Assembly (NCBI GenBank): GCA_029717555.1
Contig: JAMDHS010000002.1
Location: 1-64,000, forward strand
Length of the DNA: 64,000 nt
Direction: 5' to 3'
Origin: Peribolospora baueri
Lineage: Eukaryota
The position numbers and the translations under genes are program-made. Positions 1 to 13,683 of the stretch are shown piece after piece (position 1 is the stretch's first letter; each line of letters begins with the position of its first letter). Below the pieces are notes generated by a model. That model worked only from the letters and a program-made list of their open reading frames with translations, searched no databases and was not told the DNA's origin.

Positions 1-104
1 GGGTCCGCGAACGTTCCGGGCGTGGACTCGTTGAGGCATCCCAGGAGGGGCCGGGGGGTGGCCTTCCGGGAGCCCGACGGAATTTTCGTTCTCTCCTTTG
101 TCAG

Positions 105-548
105 GCCCACCCCATCTACCAAGAGTTTTTCCCGCCCGAGCTTCGCGGAACCCGCTTCCTCTCCCCACCGCCCGAACCCGGACCCGGACCCGGACCTATA
201 TCTTTGCCGTCCTCGTCCTCAGAAGCGGAGACGAAGACGAAAGAGGACGGTGCGGTTTACACGAGCTCGCACGTCGCGGCTCCGGACGGGTCAGCCCAGT
301 CGACCGGGTCGTCAAACGTCCCCGCTGCCGCGTTGGACGCCACCCTCGGCCAAGGTCCCGGGTGCTGCAAGCGCGTCTTCGAGCCCACGGCGCGGATTGT
401 CGACGAGGCGCTGTTGAGGGAATGGGAGGTGCGCAGGAACGGCGCCAGCCCCTGGTCCGGCCGGGCAGCATTGGGTTTGGGCCTTGGGGTTGGGGAGGCG
501 CGGCCGGGCGGGGGTAGGGAGGACAAGGATGAAGGCGGGGGTTGTTGA
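105..548 (+). CDS. MGS1: Last exon of a Mgs1/WRNIP1-like AAA+ ATPase (gene starts before the window)
   Basis: Polypyrimidine tract plus CAG acceptor at 101-104, then in-frame AHPIYQEFFPPELRGTRFL...IVDEALLREWEVRRNGASPWSGR...stop. This resembles the MgsA C-terminal tail as I recall it from basidiomycete homologs. Only the tail is visible. Confidence 0.55.
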   Translation, partial: AHPIYQEFFPPELRGTRFLSPPPEPGPGPGPISLPSSSSEAETKTKEDGAVYTSSHVAAPDGSAQSTGSSNVPAAALDATLGQGPGCCKRVFEPTARIVDEALLREWEVRRNGASPWSGRAALGLGLGVGEARPGGGREDKDEGGGC

Positions 549-1211
549 GGATGGCGAACAGTTGAAGGGTGGTTGTTGAGTGTGTAAAGCAGGAGGAAAG
601 GACAAGGTGGAGAACCCTAGGACTCCGTCCCCTCTTCCGGAGAAGGAGCTCTGCCACGTGGTGGGGAATGGATAGATCTCTTCCAAGTACCTTTGTCTTT
701 CAGGGCCCAGCCGTGCTAGAGGTGGCACGTTGAAAGCACGCGCGGCAGAGATTGCTGTTCTTGATGTGGTCGACGGGGGCCAATAGATGCTGAGGGAGCT
801 GGCCGGATGGTCCATGGGATGGACGACGTCGTTGCAGAAGTCGCTCAACATTGAGGTCGACATTCCCATGACCTTTCTGTCCACATCCAGCTCTGCTCTC
901 GTCTTCTCACTGACAGATCAGACCGAGATGGTATCGATTGCAAGCACGAGGTACGAAGACGAAAGACAAGGTGCACCGCGCTCCAGAAAACAAAGGTGGC
1001 CAAACGAGGCCATAAAAAGAAAGAGACTCGTAATCGCCTAAAGAACGTATGTACGACAGCGGCACCTACGACGAATTACAGACCCGCCTCTCTTCTATCC
1101 TCCAGATCATCTCTCCTTCCCGAGCAAAAACTTCCCGCTGTCCTCCTTCCTCCCTAATCCCGCCGCACATTCGTCTCCGCCCTAAGTGACTCTTACCCTC
1201 CACTCCCTTTG

Positions 1212-4136
1212 TTATCTCGCTGCCGCCGGCGTCTCACTCGGAGCACCCGCGTTCTGCGACAGAAGACCGGCCAGCGTTCTTTGCATCTCCACCTGCGCGA
1301 GGAGAAGGGGGGCAGAAAAGAAAGGAACAAAAAAGAGGGAAGACCCGACCAGTAGTGGCAGCGAACGAATCGTGTCAACGCACGCATGACATGCTTCCAT
1401 GTCATCTACCTCCGCGGAAGGCGGACACGATGTGAAGACGCTGGCTCACCCATTCGTTGTCGCGTGGCGAGGCAACATCGCCGATATCGTAGATGTACAG
1501 CCGCCCATCGGCGCCGCCCATGGCTGCTTTCCGGCCGTCGCGCTTGTCCCACGAAAGCTTGTTAAGAGCTCGACCGGTGCCGACGGTGGTGGAGAGGATC
1601 GGGACCTAAGTGCGAACCCGGCGGTCAGCGCCGTCCGTCTCTCCGCCCTACAAACTCTAGAACCCCTTTCACTCACCTCCGTTTCGATGTTGAGGTTATA
1701 CAGGTCAAATTTGCCCGCTCCGTCAACGCTTCCGAACACGGCAGGGTGCTGGGGGTGCCACCGGACGTCGTACACGTAATCACCCGCCTCCTCGAAATTG
1801 TGCACGGGCCCAAGCACCTGCGGCGCAGTGGAGGGCTTGTTCAAATTTTTCGCCCGCCAGAGCTTGACGGTCCAGTCTACGCTACTGGTGAGAAAGAGGT
1901 CGGAGAAATCGACGGGCCCCACGAGCGGGTGGAAGTGAAGACCCGTCACGGGACCGGAGTGGGCGCGGTAGATATCCAGCTGATTCAGACCCGCCTTGCT
2001 GCCAGCGCGGTCGTACCGGTGCGCTTGGTAGACATTGCCCTCTTCCGTGCCCACCCAAAAAGTCGTTGTTTCGTTCTCCGGGAAGCTGAGACAGGTCACC
2101 GAAACCTCGTCGGTCTTGTTGTGAGCCGGATGGACCAGCTCGAGGCTTTCCTGTAAAGTACGGCGAGCAAGCGGACAAGCAAGTCAAGCGGTCAGCGAAG
2201 ATACGCCAGAACCTTTCGGCTAATCGGGTTTTTTTTAGAAACCTTCCATTACCTGAGGCTTAGCCAGCATGTCTAGCATCCAACTGCACATGAGCCCATC
2301 CGTGCTAGCGGTGATCAAGTTATGAGCGTTCTGCGTTCCGACCATTTGCATGGCATAGACTGGGTGAGTGTGTCCGGCGGCAGAAAGCGGCGACTTGAGG
2401 ACGGGAAGGTGTTTGGCGCGGGTGTCCCAGAGTAAAATCTGACCGGAATAGGTGCCGCCGATGATCAAATTGTTGTGGAAGGGCGAGAAGGATACCGAAA
2501 GCACGTCGGTCTGGATGAAGAAGAATAGAGAGACGTTCATAGTAGTCATGAGACAACAGGAATGATCGGCCAAGCATCCATGCGCTCTCCCAGAAACCCG
2601 CAACTCACTTGGGAGTGGAACACGAACTCTGGTCGTTCAAGTAAGTGCAGGTTCCAAACCGCGACGATACCGTCGGGCTCATTCACGGACATCCGCTTCC
2701 TGTTGTACGACGCGACGCTGAGTTCCGGGTGCTGCCAAGCGAGAAGGAAAAAAGAAAAATCCAGATGAGGAACCAAAATGGACCAAGGCAAGCGCGCCGC
2801 CTCCATACACATGCTCCCGCACGGACACTGGCTAGGACACTCACCTTCAACGACCAGTCGATATCCGTGATTGTTCGGTTCTTCGTAGTCTTCTCATCCC
2901 AGAAAGTGCAAACACACTTGACTCTTCGTCCTTCCGAATCATCCCTGACGATCGGTGAACAACCGAGCCATATGAGCGCACCCTTCCAGCCACCACGACG
3001 AGAACGAGTACAACACCATCACCAGAGTGATATTTCCAACAGATCCGTGATTCGCTCACCTCCCAGCCTCTCCGTCCATTTTGTAATCCTTCATGTAGTC
3101 GTAAGTGTCCGTGAGAGCGCGCTGGACGATTTTAGACGACTGCTCGACGAATTCAGAAAAGTCCGGCGCTCCATAGATGGCCGCACGCTCTGCATCGGTC
3201 ATCTCTGTGGGCAAGGAGGATGGATAAAGTAGAGCATGGAGGAAGATATGGAGTGAGAAAACAGGGAATCGTCGCAATATTACAAGAGAGCTAGGCGACG
3301 CACCACGGCTCGTGTCCTCCTCAATCTCCTTCTGCAGTCTCCTCTTTTCCTCTTCTATCTCCCTATCCAGTTTCTCTTTCTCCGCCTGTTGTTCCTTGAG
3401 GATGCGCGCGCGGATCTCCCCCTCCGTTGGTCGCTCGTCATCGGAGTCGCCAAGGGACGTGTTGGCTGTCTGTACCTCCTTCGTATAGAGGACCTTTTCC
3501 TGCAGGCAAGAAGACCAAAAAGATTGTCAGGAGCCGGTGATATCGAACGCAGAAGGAGCGGAAAGAATCAGTGGGAAAAATCAATTGAAATGAACGAAGG
3601 AGTCGGGACAGGCCAAAGAGCCGCTGGACAAACCTTTTGAGGTTGTGGAGCTTCGGTGGGCTCGGTCTCCACCGCTTTGGAGACCAACACCTTGCTTGGG
3701 GCCACGTCAGATGTTTCAGCAGTCCCAGGGCCTCCTGTATCCGTTGTCCCACCAGCAGCGCTGCTTGGCGTCGCGTCTCCTGCCGTTCCGGGGCCTGTGT
3801 CTGTTCCCCCGCCAGCGAGGCTGCTACGGGAGGAGAGACCACGGGAGCCGACTAAAGAGGAGACGAGCTCGTCGAACTCGCGGCGAGTGGCCGCGGATGT
3901 AGAGCCCTGAGAATGGTAAGGCGCAGGAAGCGAACAACCAGCATACGGTAAGCGACGAAGAGAGCAGGAGGGAGCCAAGGAGCAACGGAGCGACGGAATG
4001 CGGCGGACCCCACCTCGCTCTCCTTCTGCTGCTGGATCAGCATACTCTTCCTCTCCTCCCTCGCCTTTCTCAGCTCTGCGAGCTTTGCCCGCTTGGCCTC
4101 GATTTCAGCCTTTCGTCTCTCGGATGAGGAAGACAT
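1212..4136 (-). CDS. PAC11: Cytoplasmic dynein intermediate chain (WD40), multi-exon
   Basis: N-terminal coiled coil [49 protein letters not shown]40 repeats ([62 protein letters not shown]). Last exon VEMQRTL...AAAR ends at 1212. Confidence 0.93.
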
Positions 4137-4559
4137 GGCGGTGTGGGCGTGGTTTGCGCGATGAGAGGCGGAGCCAGGGAAGAAGGGAGCGATCGAGAGG
4201 AGAGGGGGAAGGTGACAGAAGCGCGTACCCGCGTCGACGCTCGCTCAAAGACCTAGCACGCTGAAAAGCTGCTCGACAGGGTGCTGAATGATGAAAGTCG
4301 CGACGGCGGCGGTGCGTGTGTGCGCTTGCTACTGTGGTTTAAGCGCTGTGCTGCTACTCAAGGTGTCGATGGGCAGCGCATCTACCCATAGACGAGCAGT
4401 CGCGAGCATGTATGTTCTTTCGGCCGGCTGCTGCGGCAGGAACGACGTTCACCTCCCAGGTCGCACATATATATATATGCTGGCTTCCTTTCTGGCCACG
4501 CACGACTTCGCGGCCACCTCAGCTCAGCCTCACGTGAATACCTTCCCTTTCCCCCAACC

Positions 4560-6472
4560 ATGTCCCAGCGCGAGGCTGAACGGAGCCCCGTCGCGGACGC
4601 TTCTCAGGGCACGGCTGCTCTGACGGGGGAGGCCCCCCCTGCGAAGCGGACCGACCCTTCCGCCGTTGCAGAGGCGGCCTCCATGGCGAGCGCGTCAACC
4701 TCAGCAGGTCCTTCGATGAGGAGGCTGGGCACCTTGCACACACCCTTGTCCGCGGGAGCTGGAGCCGCCGATGCTGGAGCGAGTGGTGTGGCAAACCCCC
4801 TCAGGAAGAGCAATTACACTAAGCAAGGCACGCAAAAGATGACGTTCAAGCCGAATATGCCGCTCCGGAGGAAAGTCGAGGTGAAAGAAGTGAGTTGGCT
4901 TTTTCAGACGGAGGTTGCTTGCTTTGGAGTAAACTTCTTTCGGAGGCTTGGCTTTTTCTGTGCGCGATGTTCCATCCGGGGTAGAGGCTTACGACGTCTG
5001 CTGTACCTTCCGGCCAATTTAACGACCGTTGTTTCTTCGCGCAGGAGCCGACGACGGTTTCCCTAAGCGCAGGGCGAGGACGTGGAGAGAGAGGAAGGGG
5101 AAGAGGTGGAGAGAGGGGCCGTGGACGAGGCCGAGGGTTAGATACGGCCAGGGCCGCGCAGGAAATGACCGCGAGTGGACCATTCGCTCAGGGTCCAGCA
5201 CTCGGAGGGGGTGAGTGTCTCGTTTCGTTCCCTATTGGACCCAGCCCTTCGTTCCGACAGACTTGCACGTGCTCATATAGAATCGCTGCGTTTCCCCCAA
5301 ACTTCTCGCTTTTTATTTATGGCCCCATGCAGGAAAGAAGGCTCGTCCGGTAACCGTCAGCGTCGGCGGTTCCCGACCGCCTGGCCTCGGTCCTCTGGGA
5401 GGACCTGCCCGAGCGACTGAGAGCAAGCCGTTGACGTCGACGTCGACGTCAGACAAGGACCCAGACAAACCAGTACAGAGCGAGAAGTTCAGCGACGACG
5501 AAGATGGCATAGAGCTTATGGACATGAATACTGTGGGAGACCTCGACGAGCATGCACCCGTCAATCTCACCGAGCCTTCCGTCCATGCCTCCGTCAAATC
5601 TGAGGCTATGGACGATGCGAGCGAAAGCGAGGAGGAGGAGCTGATGGATGATCTGATGGATGACTTTGTCGCTAGAGAGGATAGCGTGAGTGTCTGCTCG
5701 CCAATTCCGAGGTGATCACTATCGGGCCAGAAACTCACTGCGGACGCGTTCTCTTTTACCACTCTCGATCCGAACAGGGACAATCCCCGCAAGACAAAAT
5801 CTACCTGTTCCAATTTCCACACCTATTTCCCCAGTTCATCGACCCGCAAGCAGCAGAAGACGTCAAAATGAAGATCGACCCTGACGGGGCCATCAAAACT
5901 GAGCAGACGGCGGCGACGGGCGAAGGAGCCGCGGCTGGCACCAAGGTGAAGCGGAATGTCTCTTTCGCGCCCGGCACGGTGGGCGGGGAGGGAGCACCAG
6001 AGAAGGGGTCTCCTGTGGCGTCGACGACGGATGATGCTGGCGCGAGCGCGAGCGCGGTGAAGACGGAGAAGGCAGAGGCCAAGGATCCTTTGGCTGTGAA
6101 AGGGGCGAAGAAGGCAATAGGACCCGAGGGCAGGGTGGGCACGCTGCAGGTGTACAAGAGCGGCAAGGTGTGCATCAAGCTCGGGGATATTCTCTACGAC
6201 GTGAGCCGTACATTTTCTTTCTTCGTCTACCCGGCGTCACCCTGCGTTCTTCTGTTCAAGACCCGAGCAAAAAATCCTGAGCCGAATTGCTCCCATATGG
6301 GTCTTTCGCCTGCTTTCCAATTCAGATCACCTCTGGCTCGCAAGCGAGTTTCCTCCAGCAGATCATGGTAATGGATCCTGAGAAGAAAAAGGCCGTCGTC
6401 ATGGGTGAAGTGGCGCGCAAGTTTGTCGCGACGCCGAACTTGGATCGCTTGTTGGAAGACCTGAGCGTGTGA
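4560..6472 (+). CDS. RPC53: RNA polymerase III subunit RPC4/Rpc53, multi-exon
   Basis: KMTFKPNMPLRR, IYLFQFPHLFP, EGRVGTLQVYKSGKVCIKLGDILYDV and SFLQQIMVMD...MGEVARKFVATPNLD match the RNA_pol_Rpc4 C-terminal domain. Confidence 0.9.
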
Positions 6473-6876
6473 GAGCGGACGAGGGAAAAAAAACGAGTCA
6501 CCACCGGGCGTGTGTTGCTGCTCGCTACTGTACTTGTACAATAGATAGATGGTCGACGCGTCGCTCCCTCCTTTGTGGAGATGAGTGTACCCACGTACGA
6601 CGGAGCTCGAATGCATTCGGCATTCTCGACGTTCCACTCTTCGGCACGGCCGAACGAATCATTCCTTGATACGAGCTTAAAGTACAGCAAAAGGGAAAAC
6701 GGGCGCGACCGCAACCAGGTCGCTCCGGAAGGAAGGACGAGCTTGGGGAAACCGGAAAGCGGGACGGAGCGTGGTACGCACCGCGAGTGGAGAGGAAGGA
6801 AAAAAAAATCAGAAATCGACGGGACGGAGAAAGGCAGGTGAAGGGCGGCACTGTATCTGAGGCGGGAGCTATCATC

Positions 6877-9800
6877 TTACACGACCCGCTTGATCCGTAG
6901 TGGCATGCCGTCCCCAGGTTCTGGGGGGGGGGGGGCAAAAGCCAGATGTGAGCGAAAAGGGCGCCATAAAGGTCGGACGTGGGGGAAGGAGAAGAGGCCG
7001 ATTTCACTTCAAAACTCACTCATCGTGATGGCTGCCGTCGGAGCAGGTTTTTGGTCCTTGTCCACCTTCTCGAAGGAGAACCTGCTTACGAGCACGCTAT
7101 AGGCCGCGCCATATGGGATTGAAAAGGATGGATGAAAAAGGGATGGAGGGCAAAGGAGAGATCGAGAGCTTTCAGCACGTACGCTCTCAAAAAAAAATCA
7201 AACCTTTCGACACGTCGACGCACGCCAAAGTCGCCTTCATCTCGATGATGCTCATCGCCCTGCCGATGCAGTGGTGCGCTCCCGCGAGGAAGGACTGGAA
7301 GGAGAACTGGCCATTGTAAGTCTCTGGCAGGTTCATCCATCGTTCTGGGCGGAACCTGGGGACGATGGAGAGAGTTGGGTAGGGTCGGAGAAGTGGGAAG
7401 ATGAGGACAGACGCGGCGGTGTTGAGGTCAGCGAGCGGCCTTACGAAGACGAGGAAGAAATGACCACTCACTCTTCAGCATCGGGACCCCACGTCCTCCG
7501 ATCGGTATTGACGACGCGGTTGGCGATATAAATAATAGTGTCCTTGGGCACCCAGACGCCGTCGATGTAATCGCTCTTTCCAGCCTTGCGGAACGTCATG
7601 GGGACGGGGGGCATGACGCGCAAGCTCTCCATGACGACGCAGTTAAGGTAATCGAGCTCCTTGAGCTGCCGGTAATCTGGTCGCTCGACCGTCGACATGA
7701 GCATCTGCACCTCGGCCCGGAGCTTGGCCTGCGCATCTGGGTGGTTGGCAAGAAGCCAGAAAGTCTGTGAGGGTGGGCAAAAGCAACAACACGTCAGTAT
7801 GCGCTCTTCTCCAAACCCGCTCGACGTGATGACGGAATCCAGGCTCACCCATGATAGACCCGAAGCCGTGGTCTCGTGACCAGCGGCCTGGAGGGAAAGA
7901 CAGGCAGCCACGCTCGATATGTCAAAGTACATCGCACACACACATGCCCGCAGAGTACTCACTAGGAAGGTCAGCTATCGACGCGACGTTGACGACGGGG
8001 AGACGACGAGGACGGTGACGAGCATGAGTACGGCACCCATCCACGAGAAAGAGCGGAAGGAGATCGCGCCAGGCCGAAGCACGGTGCGGTGCAACTCACG
8101 ACCTGATTCATCATCATTTCATCCGTCATCCTATAGCCCTCCCCTTTCTCCGCCAACCTGCTCCGCACAAGGATACTCATCACATCCTTCTTGCCCACCG
8201 AAGGGTCCGTCGGGTCCGACAGGGCGAGCGCCTCTCGCATCTTGTCGTCCAGGATCTGCTGAGAAACTTTTTTGATGCGGTGCATCGAGTCCACGAACAC
8301 TCCGACCGGGTCTGATTGCGGGAGAAGGGAGGGAAAGGTGAGAAGGGGGAACGAGCGAGGGAGGCGTTTTGGCCCCCGTCTTTTCAGCGCCCGAGGACGG
8401 CCCGAACGCTCACTCCACAGAGGATGTTTCAAGAGCGCCTGCCGAGCGCTGTAAGCGCCAGTTGAGCGGAGAAGCCGAGGGACACCGGGAAAAGTCATGA
8501 GCATGACAAGAAGCGATATGTTGATGCCTGACGGGGATGTTAGAGTCCACAGTAAGCCAAGGCTTTTTCATCGAGCGCGAGCGCGAGCGCAACGCAATCT
8601 CAAGCCCTTCTTTTCTTGATCGTATGTGGCTGGTCTGGAAGCCATCTCACGCACCGCTCTGCAAGCCGATGAGCCTTTCGTAGGCGTCAGCGCTGAGGAA
8701 AGAAAGCCAAACGAAAAAGGTTTGTCAAAGACCTCGACAGCGATAGAGTCCTACTGTGGCGCGAGGCACAAGAAACCTGGACGCGCACAGCTCATTATCC
8801 GGGTTATGGACCGAGTCGGACTTGTAGCCTGCATGTACAAAAAGTCGGAGGGCAGCGAACGGTCAATACGATGGCCACATGGCCAGGCCGAACCGAATCA
8901 AAGATTGAGTCGTCGAAACAAAGGACGAGGAAGACAGAAGGGCGGAACCGGTGACGCACCGAACGCGGTCTCGCAAATGATGTCGAGCGTCGCCCGTCCC
9001 ATCCACTCGTAGACGACCAACACAGCCCCCTTGGAGGGATCCGGGAGGCTGTTGATTTTGTTCTCCCAGATCTCGACGAGGCCATACAGAGTCGCATAGT
9101 ACATCTCCGTCTGTGCGGCTAGGTTCGGGATCGAGAAAGCTGGGTTCATCGCACGGCGCATCTGTGCGGGGAACAAAAGAAAGAGGGTGTACGGCCTGAT
9201 GAGACTGAATGACGCTGACCTGGCACTGCGACAGCGAGGAAGGCGGAAGGAGACGAAGGGGTTTACCTGCTGGTGATCGTTTCCCTCAACCGTGAGCAGT
9301 CCGTATCCGGTAATCTGGCCCAGGGTGTTGCGAAGAAAGTCCGGCTGCACGCAAGGGAGGGGAAAAGAAGAGAACGTTGGGCGAGGGTCGGGTGAAGAAG
9401 ACGAGACGAAGACAGCTCACCCTCGGATAGTCGTACGCGTCATCGACCAAAATCTTTTTGAGCGCCGTGCGGCTGGTGAGGATGATCCTCTCGATCCCGA
9501 ACGGGCCCACGGCTCTGACGATGCCCTTTTCTCCTCCGTATTCCTTCACCCATTCCCTCTGGAGGATGCCGGCTTCGGATTTGAGGATCTCTGGGAAGAC
9601 GCCCCAGATGGGGTGGCCGTAGCCTGGCCCGGGCAGGTGGCGGAGCGGGGAGAGGAAGCGGGGCCAGAGGAAGAGTTGGTACAGGAGCCAGAAGAGGCCT
9701 GGAGGCGGGGCGGAGCCAATGGCGGTGGAGGAGGGGAGCGATGAGAGGCGAGTTGAAGAGAGCCATGAGCTTGGGGTGGGTGCAAGAAAGAAGAATATAG

Positions 9801-9897
9801 CATGCAGAGGCTACTCACCAGCGAAAACGAGAGCGGGGACAAGATAGTGGAGAGGCACACTCTGCGCGGCTTCGAACGATCGTCTTAGGACGTCCAT
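6877..9897 (-). CDS. Cytochrome P450 monooxygenase, many exons
   Basis: I-helix AAGHETT, K-helix ESLR, FRPERW and heme-binding FLAGAHHCIG. ATG at 9897 is followed by a membrane anchor and a PGP hinge. Last exon KPGDGMPLRIKRVV-stop at 6877. Confidence 0.95.
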
Positions 9898-10880
9898 GGT
9901 GGAGTGCTAGCGGCGGCGGTGATGGTGGTGGTGGTCGTCGCGGCCAGCAGCCGCGACCGTACGTGCTAGTTCGAAGCTGGAGCGTTCAGTGAAAGGAGAG
10001 CAAGGGGAAAGCGGCAGGGGCGATGCGAGTCGGTGTGAGGAAGGTGGGGGGTCGTCAGGGACGGACGGCGGGCGAGTGGAAGCGTTGTTTCGGTATACGT
10101 AGGTCGGCCGACAACGTCGACGTCGGGTGGGGGTTATGGAAAGGGAGATAGATGGTCAGCTGGGAGGACTGTGAGATGCCATCTCCATCATTCGACCATC
10201 TGGCGCCGAATATGTGAGCAAGGTACGTTGACCACGTCGGAGCGGAGACGGAGACGGAAACACAGACGCGAGCTGATCGGCCGCCGACGCCACTTCTGTG
10301 CGACCTTGGCGGATCCATCTGACCCCCGAAGCCAAGTCAAGTCAGTCGGCGCCAAACGAGGGGCGAAGCGGGGCGGAGAGATGTTGCTGCTACGCTCGAC
10401 TCGGGTTCAGGCCGTGCAGGATGTAGAACTGTATGTACTTGGTCATCGTGCCAGCAGCCTCGAAGACGCCCGGCAGTCGCACCGTTCATTCGAGCCTCTC
10501 ATGTGCATCTCAGCGGACGAAGATGGATGAGGGAAGCAAGCGCAAAGATGCGGGGCCCACCGAAAAAAAAATCAGACGCCGGCGCCACGCCGAGCTGCAC
10601 ACTGGGTGGGGTAAACAAGGTATCACATTACAAGAGGGGGATGGATAGACGGAGAAAGAAGAGGGACACAGAGAGAAACAAAAAAAGATAGAACGACGCA
10701 AACGTTCGTCCTCGGTCCGCCCGCCAGCCAGTCAGTCAGTCGCTTGCCGACCGGCCGAGCCAATTCCACAGTCGTATACAACCAATCTCCCGTCCATCAA
10801 CGCCAATAGCTGCTCTTACGCGCGCAACTTCCAGCAGGCACCTCGGCCCCGAACCCCACTTCCCGAACAAACATCCCTCC

Positions 10881-13683
10881 CTAGACGTCCATCCCGACTC
10901 CCCATACCTCCAAACCCAGACACTCAAACTTGCCCATCTGCTCCGCCGGCGAAGGGCCTGGGTCGAGCGAGCAGAGCACGTCGTTGTTGAACGCCGGGCA
11001 GACCGACGAGACGCCCTTGTCGAGCTCCGAGTCGATCCATAGGCCGTACTTGCCGTCGCTGGGGAGACAGGCGAAAGGGAGGAGGAACGACGAACAGAAC
11101 GAACGTGTCGGCGGGAGCCATTCAGCGGGGCCTTTGACAGTGGCCAAAAGAAAACGGAGGGAGAAAACTTGGGGCTCACCCTCCACCGACGCTAAGGAAG
11201 TGATGCTCCGTGAGCGCCATGTAGTCGTTCCGCCCGGACCATTTGAACACTTTGATGAACCGCTTCTTTCCAGCGTCGGCCGCTTGTGCGCGGACTTGTT
11301 TGAAGAGGAAACTTGGATGGCGGTGGGTGAGGGGGAGAGATGGGAGCAGGTCCAGTCAAGTCAGTCAGCACAAGCCCGAGCCTCCTCGCCAACATGGAAA
11401 ACGCCATCGAAACAGCCTGCCCGACTCACCACTCCCCGCTCCCATAATACCCGCTCTGCGCCCTCAGCCGCTCGTTGACAAAGGCGCCAAATACCCTATC
11501 TTCCGTGTCCCTCACACACACCAGGCACCCCGCGTGGTCCGCATCTCGGCCGGACATGGCCTCGCCCACCTTGGCGTACAGAGTGTGCAGCGACACGCCG
11601 TGCTGGTCTAGCGAGTACAGCAGGCGCCACGTTGAGCAGAGTTGGAGGCGTGGCGGAAGGGCGCGACGGAGCTGGGATAGAAAGAAAAAATCGGAGGTGG
11701 TGCAAGCGAGCGAAGCGGCTCAGTAAGGACACGACGAGTGCAAGACTTTCCGGCAGCGCAGTGGAAGAGCGAGCGGGCGAATGAACGGCCAAAGAAAGAC
11801 AGAGGGGCGGGACGACTCACTGCATCCGTCATGCTCTTCAGCAGCACCTTATCGATCCCCTCCCTCCGCCCCGTTAGCTCCACCTCCCCTCTCAACCGAT
11901 CCTTCACGCTATCGAATCCCCAGTCACCAGTATTCCACCTGTGACTCTCCCCAGCGAAGCCCGGGGCACCGGAAGGGGGGCGGTAGGAAGTGGAGGCGAA
12001 GGGCGTACTGTGAGAGAAGGCACCATGGAGGGTCGAAGGTAGCGTTTGAGAGTGTGTTGGCGCTGGGCGAGGGGATGGGGTGCGATCATGAACGCGTTGA
12101 GGGCGCGGTGGCGACGTCCGGCGGGCGACGGAAGAGAGAGAGTCTGTGGGAGCGAGCTGGCGAGAGGAAAAAGAAAAAGAAGCGGAGGGCGCCGCGCGTC
12201 GGTCTTCTGAACCAGGAGGGCTCGCCACGTTTCTCCTCTCTTCCTCTTCCGGAAAAAAGAACGTCGGCAGCCCCGCCTCCTTCCCGCTTCGACGGCCCCC
12301 ATCGGCGCTCGCCTTCACCTCCCCGCCGCTCTTTCCATTCTGTTCGTGCGGTCCTCCCCGCTCTATCGGGAGAGGATGAGTGGTAGCAGGCGCAGAGGCA
12401 GAAGAAGAAGAAGAAGTGGAAGCAGAATTGGAAGCAGAGGCAGAAGTAGAAGGAGGCGGCGGAGGAGGCGGGATTCCGGGGCCGACCAAACCAGCGGCGC
12501 TCTCCTCGTATCCGCCATAGTTGGTGGCAGCACCAAGAATCTGGCTGAACCGCCTGCTGAGACTTCCCGCCAGACTTCCCGTCCAGGAGCCACTGCCCCA
12601 GCCTGATCCGGACGCCGATTCCGAGCCTCCTCCAGGGGAGCTCGGGAATCCATTACTCGCACCGCCTCCGCCCTCAAAAGCCCCAAATTCATCCTCCTCG
12701 TCGAAGGAATCTCCGCGACGATCACGGTGGGAAGGTACAGATACCAGGTCTGCACCCCAGTGCTGGTCTTTTCGCTGAGATAGGGCGGAACGGGAAGAAC
12801 GCGGACTTGGAGGTGGACTCCGGCCAAGAGAAGCCCTGTACCTGCGTGCCGTCCTGTTCTGGCCCTCTAGGCTTTGCCTTCGCACTCTTTCGCTGAAGTA
12901 GCCTTCCGCGATACCCATCCCAGCGCGATCGAGTGTGCCAGTCGGGCTTTCTGGATGATATGTCTCGGAAGACGTGCGCGTCATGGTGGGCTCGGCGGGT
13001 GTGATGGGGCTGTGCGTTGCGTCTTCCAGATCCATCAGCGAGAACAACCGTCGGGGGGGAGAGTGGAGTGTCATCTGCGGAGGATCTCCAGGAGACAGCG
13101 GCGTCCGGGTTGCGCTCGAGCTGCGAGGCGGGGAAGGAATTGGGAGCGGCGAAGCTTCTGGTTGCGATGATGGTTCCCGCGCACATCCCTTCGCCGCCGC
13201 CTCGGACTGCTGCTGTTCTAGTCGTACTTGCGCCTCCGTCTTGCCCTCTGGCCTCGCGCTTTCCGTCGATGGCAACCTCGAAATCGGGCTCTTTCCTCCA
13301 ATCCAAGCCTCGTCCCCATACTCCCTCAAGATCGCCAACCGGTTCTCTTCCGCCTTTCTAAGACTTTCCTCCGCTCTTCGCTTCCGCTCCATGCTGGCCG
13401 GCAAAGATGGGGGCGAAGATGATTCTGCGTCACCGAAGGAGAGAAGATCAGCGCCGGCAAGCGGGTCCGAGCCGGGATCGACGGACACATTTGGCTTGTG
13501 AAAGCCAAAGGCAAGGTCGAGGCTGGATGCCGACACGGGTTGGTGAGGGGAGGGGGGAGGCCGCGAGCCTGAAGCTTCACGACGATGCGGGTTGCCGTCG
13601 GCCGGGGACGGGCTCGCGCGGCTGGACGGCGACTCGTCGTCTGGGAGTGGTATAAGGGGGGCCACCAGCGTTGGCAGCGGCAT
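10881..13683 (-). CDS. OXR1: Oxidation resistance protein 1 (TLDc domain) with long disordered N-terminus
   Basis: LYSLDQHGVSLHTLY, DGKYGLWIDSELDKGVSSVCPAFNNDVLC and FECLGLEVWGVG are TLDc motifs. YRPPSGAPGFAG precedes the domain, as in fungal Oxr1. Confidence 0.9.

Noticed and set aside
6877..9897. P450 as part of a secondary-metabolite cluster
   Set aside because: Neighbours are housekeeping genes (RPC4, OXR1). There is no PKS, NRPS or terpene synthase in the window.
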